From a virus (taxonomy: Duplodnaviria; Heunggongvirae; Uroviricota; Caudoviricetes), in IMG/VR virus record IMGVR_UViG_3300028549_001428: a stretch of DNA of 64,000 nucleotides; one strand, 5' to 3'. Positions within the stretch are counted from its first letter, which is position 1, and each line of letters begins with the position of its first letter. The position numbers and the translations under genes were made by a program. Below, in pieces: positions 53,098-61,700 of the stretch. The notes under the pieces are model-generated. The model did not search any database. It worked only from the letters and a program-made list of their open reading frames with translations, and was not told where the DNA came from.

Positions 53098-53126
53098 TTG
53101 ACAAACATCGGTTGTATTTCTATATT
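53098..53126 (+). promoter_or_regulatory. sigma70-like promoter
   Basis: TTGACA-17 nt-TATATT. Confidence 0.75.
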
Positions 53127-53147
53127 ATTTAAAAAGGAGATACAACC

Positions 53148-53798
53148 ATGAAATCTGTACTATTTATTCTACTGCTTGTCTTGGGTGCTAACGCATTCAC
53201 ATTAAATCGAACAACTGAGAAGTTGCCTGAATCATTCATGGCTGAATATATCGAAATTATCACATCTATGGAATCTGCATGCACCGATACGATCTTAAAT
53301 GCAAAGATTAAAGATCAGGGAAATGAATCGGTTATTTTATTGAAAATCAAAGTAGATTGCGATTATAGCACCGCTAATAAAATGCTAAACACATTTTATA
53401 CAACATACCTTGCATATTTCAATAATAATCAGTTCGATAAAATAATTGATTCCACTACTAAGGCTATGTTTCCTCAATATGAGTTCATGTGGGGTGTTAG
53501 ATTTAACAATACTACAGATCCTTATATTGAACGCACCCTTCCATATAATACAACTTTGGGAAATAATAATAAGAGTGTATTTTATTCAGTTATTGCTGAC
53601 AATGATACAATCACTACTATCAGAAGTTCTTTCAACGGTCACTCTCTTGACTATATGGGACGTGCTGTAATCTCGAATATTTTTTATTACAAAGTATATA
53701 CAAAAGCTAAAAATATAGATAATGTATATATTCAAAAAACATTTTCTTACAGCGATAATTACACAGAGAATTCAGGTAAATTAGCTATTTTGGATTAA
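53148..53798 (+). CDS. secreted hypothetical protein
   Basis: Signal peptide MKSVLFILLLVLGANA; AAGGAG SD. Confidence 0.75.
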   Translation: MKSVLFILLLVLGANAFTLNRTTEKLPESFMAEYIEIITSMESACTDTILNAKIKDQGNESVILLKIKVDCDYSTANKMLNTFYTTYLAYFNNNQFDKIIDSTTKAMFPQYEFMWGVRFNNTTDPYIERTLPYNTTLGNNNKSVFYSVIADNDTITTIRSSFNGHSLDYMGRAVISNIFYYKVYTKAKNIDNVYIQKTFSYSDNYTENSGKLAILD

Positions 53799-54661
53799 TC
53801 ATCCGCATAATATCCATTAGTCTCACTCTTTAGGATGGTTTTGCTTATGGTAAATTCATTATCTTTATATTTACCATCACCAAATAATTTTTTATCAATT
53901 CCAATGGCTGTATTATTTCTTAATCCCTTATAGGTATTATTAAACGATCCTTGGAATGTATCAGGTACACTAAACGTTACCATATATTCCAATATTTCTT
54001 TATTATCATTTTTCAAATTCATCGCTGCTATATCTTTAAGAACAGCGGAATTAAATTCAAATACTTGTGATACAACGCTATCAATAGCTTCTTGTCGTGC
54101 TTTATTAAATTCATCTGTATATGTGGCTTGTACAAATTGTTCCTGTACTGGTGCTACGTATATAGACATCTTTTGGAATGAACTGCGTGGTTTTAATATT
54201 TGTGCTCTATAAAAACAATTATTTAACGCATTAAAAAATTGATACCACATAAGATGTTTGTCATCCCTGACCTTAATTTTTAATTCACCTAATCCCGAAG
54301 TGCCTGATATTATAGGATACTTTATAGATTTTATTGAATCTATATAGGTTGGTGTATCTATTTTTGATGATGTGTGTGGTATGGTTATCTCAGCACATGC
54401 CCATCGCATATCTAGTTGTTCTGCATCATCATGATAAAATAATTGTTTCCATGCATTAAATGCATCTAAGTGTATGTAAGACCCGTGAATCAAATTACCA
54501 GATTTTGCACCTTTAGCCATTTTATCTACTGCTAATTTTATATACTCACCAAAAAATCCAACAAAGTATTTATTAGGTCTATATACACTAGCATTACCAT
54601 AGAACTCGTCTATGTTTTGTTTCATTGTTTTTGTTAAATCGTGAATAACTGCTTTAGCCAT
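53795..54661 (-). CDS. tail-tube-fold baseplate junction protein (gp54-like)
   Basis: RPNKYFV, CAEITIP, VRDD, VTFS. Confidence 0.6.
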   Translation of the reverse strand: MAKAVIHDLTKTMKQNIDEFYGNASVYRPNKYFVGFFGEYIKLAVDKMAKGAKSGNLIHGSYIHLDAFNAWKQLFYHDDAEQLDMRWACAEITIPHTSSKIDTPTYIDSIKSIKYPIISGTSGLGELKIKVRDDKHLMWYQFFNALNNCFYRAQILKPRSSFQKMSIYVAPVQEQFVQATYTDEFNKARQEAIDSVVSQVFEFNSAVLKDIAAMNLKNDNKEILEYMVTFSVPDTFQGSFNNTYKGLRNNTAIGIDKKLFGDGKYKDNEFTISKTILKSETNGYYADD

Positions 54662-54670
54662 ATAGATCCC

Positions 54671-55291
54671 TTAATTTGCTATACAACCTGGGGTTGTATT
54701 TTCCGATGGTGGTGGTAAACGTTCTATAGTTCTCAATGAATACAAGAAACTTACGGTAAACTTAACTGGATCTGTTCCTAAAAAGTTTAATGATAGTTGT
54801 TCTAATTCGATTGGATAACAGCGTTGAAATCTTATTATTTGGTGTTTTTGATATGAATCATCTGCCATGTGAATATCTATGTATGGTATCCAAGTTCTGC
54901 GATTTCTATAATGTCCATCATTACCATATACACGGTGTTTTTTATCTTCTATAGGATAGGCATCACGTGGACCACTTTGAATGGTTTCCATGTATCTATT
55001 AATAGTCCAATAGTTTTCCATTCTATCATCACATATCATTGTAATAGTTAATATTTTTTCATAATATTCATTATCTTCTGTTATCGGTATATGAACCAAT
55101 GCTCTATAATTACCATCAGTTTTATATTTCAAAGATAAACCAGGTGCAACGAATGCTGTAATGTTACCATTTATCGTTTCTGATGATGGTGCATCATCTT
55201 GTTCATATGATACAGGCAATGGACCGATAGTGCATCTAGCAGTACCTTGATGTAATCTTCCTATGTTTCTACTTAATAAAGGACCATCCAT
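54671..55291 (-). CDS. tail-tube-fold protein (gp3/gp19 family)
   Basis: PGLSL, CDDRMENYW, FQRCYPIEL..L.F, FTVSFLY. Confidence 0.7.
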   Translation of the reverse strand: MDGPLLSRNIGRLHQGTARCTIGPLPVSYEQDDAPSSETINGNITAFVAPGLSLKYKTDGNYRALVHIPITEDNEYYEKILTITMICDDRMENYWTINRYMETIQSGPRDAYPIEDKKHRVYGNDGHYRNRRTWIPYIDIHMADDSYQKHQIIRFQRCYPIELEQLSLNFLGTDPVKFTVSFLYSLRTIERLPPPSENTTPGCIAN

Positions 55292-55298
55292 TATACAC

Positions 55299-55880
55299 CT
55301 ACAATTTTATGAAATACTCATCGCCTGAACGTGATGTAAAATATATCTCATCTATTACATCAATTAGTTTATCAAACACAGGAGAATTAATTAAATTCAA
55401 ACAAGTGCCTTTTTTGATATATGCTATAGTTGCATGTGGTATATATTCAGGGAACTTATCGGTATAATGCATATTATCGCATATGAGCTTATTTAATTGC
55501 ATTAATTTATCGCTTACTATATTAATTTTCAGAACATCAAAGTTTGGGTTTGTATTGAATACATCTATCGTAGATAGTGTTAAGTCAATAGAACCAAATC
55601 CACTAGCTAATCTAGTTAAATTATCTGGTTCCGCATCATGTAATCCATATTTTATGGTAACATGTGGGGTGTCTTCATAACCTTCAATTCCATCATCTAA
55701 ATTTATATATAGACAATCATCTGGCACATTTTCCATTGCCCAGTTCTTCATTGCATCGGAAATAATATCACTTAAATTTAACATAGCACAGCTATATTTA
55801 TGTACATATTTATCATCCGAACTGCTTTCGCATATTACTCGTTTTTTAGCTCGTTTTGGCAATTTAATACTACTACTCAT
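55299..55880 (-). CDS. 2H phosphoesterase, T4 57B/Acb1-like (candidate anti-CBASS nuclease)
   Basis: Two HxT motifs PHVTIKYG and YIPHATIAY; late promoter on minus 55901-55909. Confidence 0.8.
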   Translation of the reverse strand: MSSSIKLPKRAKKRVICESSSDDKYVHKYSCAMLNLSDIISDAMKNWAMENVPDDCLYINLDDGIEGYEDTPHVTIKYGLHDAEPDNLTRLASGFGSIDLTLSTIDVFNTNPNFDVLKINIVSDKLMQLNKLICDNMHYTDKFPEYIPHATIAYIKKGTCLNLINSPVFDKLIDVIDEIYFTSRSGDEYFIKL

Positions 55881-55939
55881 AAAAATATAACATTTATCAA
55901 TAGTTTATAAACAATTGAATAAAACAATAGGATACATAT

Positions 55940-56086
55940 ATGGCAGAAACCAATGAACAAACCGAAGAAACACCATACGTAAATAAATTTGGTGCTGGTT
56001 GGGAAGTTAGCGGTGCTGAATACAAACCAACAAAATTGGGTGGTATAGTCAGTGATGAAGATGGAAACATAGAACCAATACAATAA
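55940..56086 (+). CDS. small acidic protein (48 aa), not in ORF track
   Basis: AGGA SD, TATAAACAA 55906-55914, terminator 56085-56112. Confidence 0.6.
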   Translation: MAETNEQTEETPYVNKFGAGWEVSGAEYKPTKLGGIVSDEDGNIEPIQ

Positions 56087-56110
56087 AAAAGGAGCTTAAC
56101 GCTCCTTTTT

Positions 56111-57265
56111 TTATTTAGTTTCTTTGAATTTTATTTCTTTAGGTTCTGCTTTAACTTCTGATTTTGGTTTAACTGTACCAGTTTTATCACCTAATTCAGT
56201 TTTCATTTTTGTAAAGTCTTTTTGTTCGACTTTATTATTTGTTTTAGTTTCTGCAACGCCTAATTCATAAGTTTCTTTCTTTGTAGATCCATCCATGTGA
56301 GTTACTTGAGTACTCATTTCTGCTTTTGGTTTAACTGCACCAGTTTTATCACCCAATACAGGATTCATTTTTGGTGGATTAGAAGGAACTTTATCGCTTG
56401 TTGTTGTCTTTGCATCGATTCCTGTTGTTTTATTAGTTACATCTACCTTTTTTGGTGACTTCATAATTTCATTTGGTATATTTTGTTTTTGGAATGCATC
56501 CGTTGCTTTGACAATACCAACTAAATCGCCCTTTGGTTTAGCTGCATTAGAATCTACAGTGACTTGAGCACTTGCATTCAAATCAACTATCTGAGCCTTT
56601 TCCATTTTTATGATAGGTACGCCAATTTCTTGTTTAATAGTTGTGGTTACACCATTAGATTTAGTTACTGAAGTGGTAATTTCTGCCTTTGGTTTCACTA
56701 TACCAACTAAATCACCCTTTGGTTTAGCTGCATTAGAATCTACTTTAACTACAGTATCAGTAGTTGTCTTAATTGCATTATCTGGCATTTTTGGAATACT
56801 AGGAACGCCTAATTCAACGGTGGTTGATTTAACTTTATCACCAGTCTTAACAGTTGTCTTAAATTCAGCCTTTGGCTTAACAACACCAGTATTATCTTCT
56901 GGATTTCCAGTATTAATCTGCTTAATGAATTTTGTCATAATTCCCATAATGGAATTATCTTCATAATCAACGCTGGTTTCCTTACTGGATGTAGAACCAA
57001 TTGTCTTAAATTCTGCAATTGATTTAACAACACCTGTATTATCACCTAATTCCATTGAACGTTGCTTCTTATCTTTATCTGTAAGATAATCTTCATAGCT
57101 AGTGTAGGTTTCTATACCATCATTAGCAACAGGACCCCAGAATGGAAATATTTTCTTTCCATCTATACCCTTGACTTCTTTCATTTTTAGTGGCTTCGTG
57201 TGATTGATATTAGTTTCAATCATCTTTTCGAATAATTCATTTGTTGGCATTTCAAATTTTGACAT
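56111..57265 (-). CDS. Lys/Thr-rich internal-repeat late protein
   Basis: Repeats GD(K/N)TG.VKPK.E and VDSNAAKPKGDLVGIVK x2; late promoter 57291-57299. Confidence 0.75.
   Translation of the reverse strand: MSKFEMPTNELFEKMIETNINHTKPLKMKEVKGIDGKKIFPFWGPVANDGIETYTSYEDYLTDKDKKQRSMELGDNTGVVKSIAEFKTIGSTSSKETSVDYEDNSIMGIMTKFIKQINTGNPEDNTGVVKPKAEFKTTVKTGDKVKSTTVELGVPSIPKMPDNAIKTTTDTVVKVDSNAAKPKGDLVGIVKPKAEITTSVTKSNGVTTTIKQEIGVPIIKMEKAQIVDLNASAQVTVDSNAAKPKGDLVGIVKATDAFQKQNIPNEIMKSPKKVDVTNKTTGIDAKTTTSDKVPSNPPKMNPVLGDKTGAVKPKAEMSTQVTHMDGSTKKETYELGVAETKTNNKVEQKDFTKMKTELGDKTGTVKPKSEVKAEPKEIKFKETK
56514..56743. repeat. 44-bp intragenic direct repeat (56514-56557 and 56700-56743, one mismatch)
   Basis: ATACCAACTAAATC(G/A)CCCTTTGGTTTAGCTGCATTAGAATCTAC. 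Confidence 0.85.
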
Positions 57266-57300
57266 AGTTAGTTCCCAGAGGATTTAGTATTAGTTTATAA

Positions 57301-57320
57301 TAATAGTTTATAAACTATTA
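57301..57320. promoter_or_regulatory. palindromic bidirectional late promoter
   Basis: Perfect palindrome TAATAGTTTATAAACTATTA contains TATAAACTA on both strands between divergent genes. Confidence 0.7.
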
Positions 57321-57339
57321 AAAAAAGGATTAAACTAAT

Positions 57340-57591
57340 ATGAAAAATGCAAATTTTGTAACTTTTTTAGAGAGCCTAAAAGAGTTAGATAACAAAGAAA
57401 TAATGGAGTCTATCATAGAAGCATATGATTTAATATATGAAAGTAGTGAAGATGTAGTTAATTCAATAAAAACGCAATTAGGAACCGAAGAAGAGAACCC
57501 ACTAGATCAAGTAAATCCAGAAATAGAACCTGAATCAGAATTTCCAGAAGAACCCGATCCAAATGAAATTCCTGTAGATGATTCTATCTAA
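57340..57591 (+). CDS. small acidic late protein with shared N-terminal motif
   Basis: MKNANFVTFLESLKELDNKEIMESIIEAYDLIYES; AAGGA SD. Confidence 0.75.
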   Translation: MKNANFVTFLESLKELDNKEIMESIIEAYDLIYESSEDVVNSIKTQLGTEEENPLDQVNPEIEPESEFPEEPDPNEIPVDDSI

Positions 57592-57623
57592 TAAAAAAGC
57601 AGTCTTTCGACTGCTTTTCTTAT

Positions 57624-58724
57624 TTAGTTCTTGAAAACATTTAACTTATCACTCTTACGTGTATTTTCTTTATTTTTCTGTTTTTCCAAGTCACGGATTT
57701 TCTTTTTAATTTCACGTTCACGTAATTTATTCTTATCTCTAATAGCTTGACGAACCATTTTATTACGCTGTCTTCTATATTCAGATACATTACCTTCATC
57801 TATAAAATCTTTTACGTCCTCTATGATTTTACTAATTTTTACTTCTTCATCATTAAATGTATTAACTGCATTCTTACGTTGGTTTATCGCTTCACGGGTT
57901 TCTTTTATTTCATTATCAATTTCATCCCAAATTCCATATAATTGATGGAAATTCTGATTGATGTATTTAGTAAGAGCATCACCTGTTAATGGTGTTCGCA
58001 TCACTTCACCATGTGGAATATATCTATCACCCTTCCATGCCTTTCCTTCCACAAATACAGGTTCTATTATAAATCGACCATCAGATGCAATTCTAAGTAA
58101 CGTCATATGCGTACAGTTAGCAGCCCAATTAATGCATTTGCTTTTTATAGTACCTTCGTCATCATATGCTAATTTTACAGTTTCTGGACATTGAAATGCT
58201 ATTGCCCAATAATGACCACGTGTTTCCATTGGTGTTATTTTATTTAATGGTTGAGTAAATAAATATCCATTTCTACGACCACCAACTTCTTCTGGTTTTG
58301 AATTTGTATCTAACTTCCAGAAGGAATTTATATTTGGATTTCCATGATATAACTGGGCTTCTGCAATTTCACGAGCCTCTATTTCGGATTTCATTAAATC
58401 AACATACCACCCATCTTCACCTAACATAATAGGATCTTTGGTATGATAGAATACATTCAATGTTCCGTTTACAAAATCAATCCAGTCTTTATCATCGGTT
58501 GATTGAAAATTATACCCATTAAACCATTGTTCATATTGCCCTTGAGCTTCTGTAGGCAATTCTTCAACTGTAAACATGTTAAAAAACTGCTTGGGTACAT
58601 ACCCAAACTCTCTACACTTATATGAAACCCAGAAATCAAGAACTATGTCCCTATGATCTTTCCAGTTAATTCCATCAATTATGTAGTTTACTAAACGAAT
58701 ACCTGCTAATTTTACTGCTTTCAT
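57624..58724 (-). CDS. hypothetical late protein, basic coiled-coil tail
   Basis: TATAAACTA on minus 58750-58758. Confidence 0.7.
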   Translation of the reverse strand: MKAVKLAGIRLVNYIIDGINWKDHRDIVLDFWVSYKCREFGYVPKQFFNMFTVEELPTEAQGQYEQWFNGYNFQSTDDKDWIDFVNGTLNVFYHTKDPIMLGEDGWYVDLMKSEIEAREIAEAQLYHGNPNINSFWKLDTNSKPEEVGGRRNGYLFTQPLNKITPMETRGHYWAIAFQCPETVKLAYDDEGTIKSKCINWAANCTHMTLLRIASDGRFIIEPVFVEGKAWKGDRYIPHGEVMRTPLTGDALTKYINQNFHQLYGIWDEIDNEIKETREAINQRKNAVNTFNDEEVKISKIIEDVKDFIDEGNVSEYRRQRNKMVRQAIRDKNKLREREIKKKIRDLEKQKNKENTRKSDKLNVFKN

Positions 58725-58821
58725 TGTATAGACTTTATGTTATCTGATATAGTTTATAAAAAAATATGTCAATTCATCTAGTTTTTGTTATATTTGTATT
58801 ATCAATCAATAAGGAGCATAT

Positions 58822-59349
58822 ATGCTACGTAAAGAAGGCTTTAAAGGTGTAATGATTAAACATAACTATGGTGTCACCAGAGATAATGTGTTTGTCAATA
58901 TAGCAGTTAAACATACATCAAATCATCCAAACCAGTATTTCTTGGAATCATTCGAGAATGAAGCAAAGATGACAAATATACATTCATTGTTTGAATCTCC
59001 TATCGAATGGGACAATCTAAAGCTAAAACTAGACGATTATCCATTCTTCTATGAAGTTGAATTCGATAAGATCGTATTTGTTGCTAGATTAATGTCTATA
59101 GCAATAGTTAAGAAGATAAAGGCTGGTGTAAGTTCATTCGAATACACACTTGCCTTTAGAAAGGACGTAGAAGGCGATAATAAGGACAGTATCGCAGCTA
59201 AGACATACCTGAAGTACAAGGAAGAAAATGAGGATGGTAAGAAGGTTCTAGTCGAATTTGACGTGATCCTAACGCCAACAGATGCACCGGCATCAATGGA
59301 CTCGGATAGACCCGAACCAACAAAGGTAAAAGACGAATTAGTGTTCTAA
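58822..59349 (+). CDS. hypothetical protein
   Basis: AAGGAG SD, TATATT box upstream, terminator 59352-59380. Confidence 0.75.
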   Translation: MLRKEGFKGVMIKHNYGVTRDNVFVNIAVKHTSNHPNQYFLESFENEAKMTNIHSLFESPIEWDNLKLKLDDYPFFYEVEFDKIVFVARLMSIAIVKKIKAGVSSFEYTLAFRKDVEGDNKDSIAAKTYLKYKEENEDGKKVLVEFDVILTPTDAPASMDSDRPEPTKVKDELVF

Positions 59350-59384
59350 ATAAAAAAGGTGGATCAAATCCACCTTTCTTTGTT

Positions 59385-59711
59385 TTAAAAGAAATTTATT
59401 GATTTATTTTTTGCTTTCCCAATTACCATTACATTTCCTTTTCGTGGTTTTGATAATGACGTAACAGGTTTCTTTTTTGTTGCTCTAGTTGGATGAACCA
59501 ATAATGACAATTTAGACTTCAACTCGATCTTTGCTTCATCAATCTGTTTAATTTTTTTATTACTAATCTCTGTATCAACAACAATATCCGAATCAACGGC
59601 TGTTAATTCGGTATTATTTTCAGACTCAATATATGACTTATTTGAATCCGATTTACTTTTCTTATTGGATTTCTGAGGTTGTATTTCTTGTGATTCTATT
59701 GTTTCATTCAT
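59385..59711 (-). CDS. hypothetical protein
   Basis: Start MNETIES after AGGA; TATAAACTC on minus 59733-59741. Confidence 0.65.
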   Translation of the reverse strand: MNETIESQEIQPQKSNKKSKSDSNKSYIESENNTELTAVDSDIVVDTEISNKKIKQIDEAKIELKSKLSLLVHPTRATKKKPVTSLSKPRKGNVMVIGKAKNKSINFF

Positions 59712-59766
59712 AATAATATATCCTATTATTATGAGTTTATAAAACACAAAAAATTACATCGCTGTT

Positions 59767-60213
59767 TTATATAAATAATGCTTTTAACGAACTAAACACC
59801 AACTGACGTGCCTGGTCTTTGGTTGCCCACATAAACATATCAATTTCAGGTAATCCATTCATATGAGTCATATTTTTATTATGGATGATTGAACTACAAT
59901 TACATTCTATACTTGATAATTTAGAATCGACATCAATTAAATGATATACTTTGATTGTTTTGTAATGGGTTGAAATAGTCATATAAACAGGATAGTTACT
60001 GATATCATAATAATCAGGTATATGAATTCCTGTTTCTTCGCATACTTCTCTGATAGCTGCGTTAATATCCGACTCACCTTTATTTACAATACCTTTAGGA
60101 ATTGTCCAAAATTCATCGGTTGGGTTAAATTTATATGATTGAGGTTGCGTTGAATGACCAATTAGAAATAATCCATTGGATTCAATTAAAACGCCACATG
60201 AAACAGGTTTCAT
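59767..60213 (-). CDS. Nudix hydrolase
   Basis: Nudix box GIVNKGESDINAAIREVCEETG; PEID. Confidence 0.9.
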   Translation of the reverse strand: MKPVSCGVLIESNGLFLIGHSTQPQSYKFNPTDEFWTIPKGIVNKGESDINAAIREVCEETGIHIPDYYDISNYPVYMTISTHYKTIKVYHLIDVDSKLSSIECNCSSIIHNKNMTHMNGLPEIDMFMWATKDQARQLVFSSLKALFI

Positions 60214-60566
60214 TTTTCTTCCTTTTTCAACCGCTGTAGGAGTTGATTCAATGCGTTATCCATTTCTGATTTCATCATAATTTGGATTTTTTCATCTAAC
60301 TGGTGATACTCAGTAATGTATTTATATCTAGTTTCCTTATCTGGCATTATATTTCTATGTAGTTTCTTTGTAATGAACCACATACATAACTCCAACAGGA
60401 CAAATAATACTTTATTATCACCGCTATAGAATATAATCGTATGAACAATTAATATGCCTATAGCCAGTAAAACTAAGAAAACCAAGAATCCCATAATAAC
60501 ACTTAAATTATGATGTTTCCATCTAGCTTTAAATTTAAGTATTTCATCATTTATTTCGGCTTTCAT
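60210..60566 (-). CDS. membrane protein (1-2 TM)
   Basis: Hydrophobic segments VIMGFLVFLVLLAIGILIV and VLFVLLELCMWFI. Confidence 0.7.
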   Translation of the reverse strand: MKAEINDEILKFKARWKHHNLSVIMGFLVFLVLLAIGILIVHTIIFYSGDNKVLFVLLELCMWFITKKLHRNIMPDKETRYKYITEYHQLDEKIQIMMKSEMDNALNQLLQRLKKEEK

Positions 60567-60662
60567 GTTTCCTCATAAAATATAAGATAATAGGTGATAT
60601 TATCAATCCAAATGGCAATATAATGCCTAATATTAAAATTATTGATTGTGTTTTACTAGGTT

Positions 60663-60881
60663 TCATTTTAAACGTCGAACAATTCGACCATGCCCTAAAT
60701 CATATGGTGATACTTCAACAACTACTTTATCATCAGGAAGAATTCTAATCTGATTAGTCCTGATTTTTCCTGAAATGTGAGCCAACACATCAAATCCATT
60801 ATTCAGCTTTACACCGAATACAGCGTTGGGTCGTGCGTCAATTACTACACCTTCTACTAAAATACCTTCTTCCTTTGCCAC
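60663..60881 (-). CDS. infA: translation initiation factor IF-1
   Basis: 72 aa [26 protein letters not shown]...IRILP.DKV.VE.SPYDL..GRI; AGGAG SD, GTG start. Confidence 0.95.
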   Translation of the reverse strand: MAKEEGILVEGVVIDARPNAVFGVKLNNGFDVLAHISGKIRTNQIRILPDDKVVVEVSPYDLGHGRIVRRLK

Positions 60882-60937
60882 TTATATCTCCTATGTGATG
60901 TGGTGCTAATTTAATATAGATTGTTTATGCATCTTTG

Positions 60938-61147
60938 TCAAGACAATTGTTCACCTTCGGAGGTACTAAATGCAGTACCATTACTCTTACCAGTAAAATT
61001 AGTCTTTAAATCAAATCCAATTTCCATTGCATTTGGTTTTTTTGTTCTGTTGTATACATTCTCCACCCAAAGATAATATGACAATGGGTAAATGCGTTTT
61101 TTCTTGCATGTATCTACATATTCATTGTATTGTTTTTCGTTTTTCAT
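60938..61147 (-). CDS. hypothetical protein
   Basis: ATGA-coupled operon. Confidence 0.6.
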   Translation of the reverse strand: MKNEKQYNEYVDTCKKKRIYPLSYYLWVENVYNRTKKPNAMEIGFDLKTNFTGKSNGTAFSTSEGEQLS

Positions 61148-61437
61148 TTTAATGTCTCGTATATTAAATTTATATGATTCTCTAAATAAGCAAATTCACC
61201 GTGAAATCTTATAATATCGCCATTGTATAGCATGAAAAATGGATTACGATTTTCAATTCGTTCCATTTCTCCCCACTTACCGTCATCTGACATAATAATA
61301 CTTATTAATGAATCTGAATACATTCGAGCTGTACATTCATTAGATGCTAATATAGATCTATTTACATTAATGCCTTTTTTATCTAATATCACCATTGCTT
61401 TTTTTAAAAAGTCTGCTGAATCTGTGTGAAGCATCAT
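61144..61437 (-). CDS. hypothetical protein
   Basis: ATGA-coupled operon. Confidence 0.65.
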   Translation of the reverse strand: MMLHTDSADFLKKAMVILDKKGINVNRSILASNECTARMYSDSLISIIMSDDGKWGEMERIENRNPFFMLYNGDIIRFHGEFAYLENHINLIYETLK

Positions 61438-61700
61438 AATAGTTCCTCGCTTATCTGTTGTTGTCGTAATTCAATTAGTACGTCACCATGACATGCTAAT
61501 GGTTTGCAATAACAACCAAGTGTTTTACCATCTAATTCATATAATGAATATAGCAATTCTGGAGTCGATAATATGTACTCTTTATATTTTTTTATTGCTT
61601 CGGATCTACCATATTCATCAGCAGAAAAAGGATTGCCCCATTTACTGGGGCGACCTATATACACATCATAAGAATCTTTATTTAGATGCACTACTTTCAT
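61434..61700 (-). CDS. DUF4326-family protein
   Basis: VYIGRPSKWGNPF, LDGKTLGCYCKP..CHGDVL. Confidence 0.85.
   Translation of the reverse strand: MKVVHLNKDSYDVYIGRPSKWGNPFSADEYGRSEAIKKYKEYILSTPELLYSLYELDGKTLGCYCKPLACHGDVLIELRQQQISEELL

Noticed and set aside
55877-56083. 68-aa hydrophobic minus-strand ORF
   Set aside because: Antisense to the 55940-56086 ORF, which has SD, promoter and terminator; it also spans a promoter region
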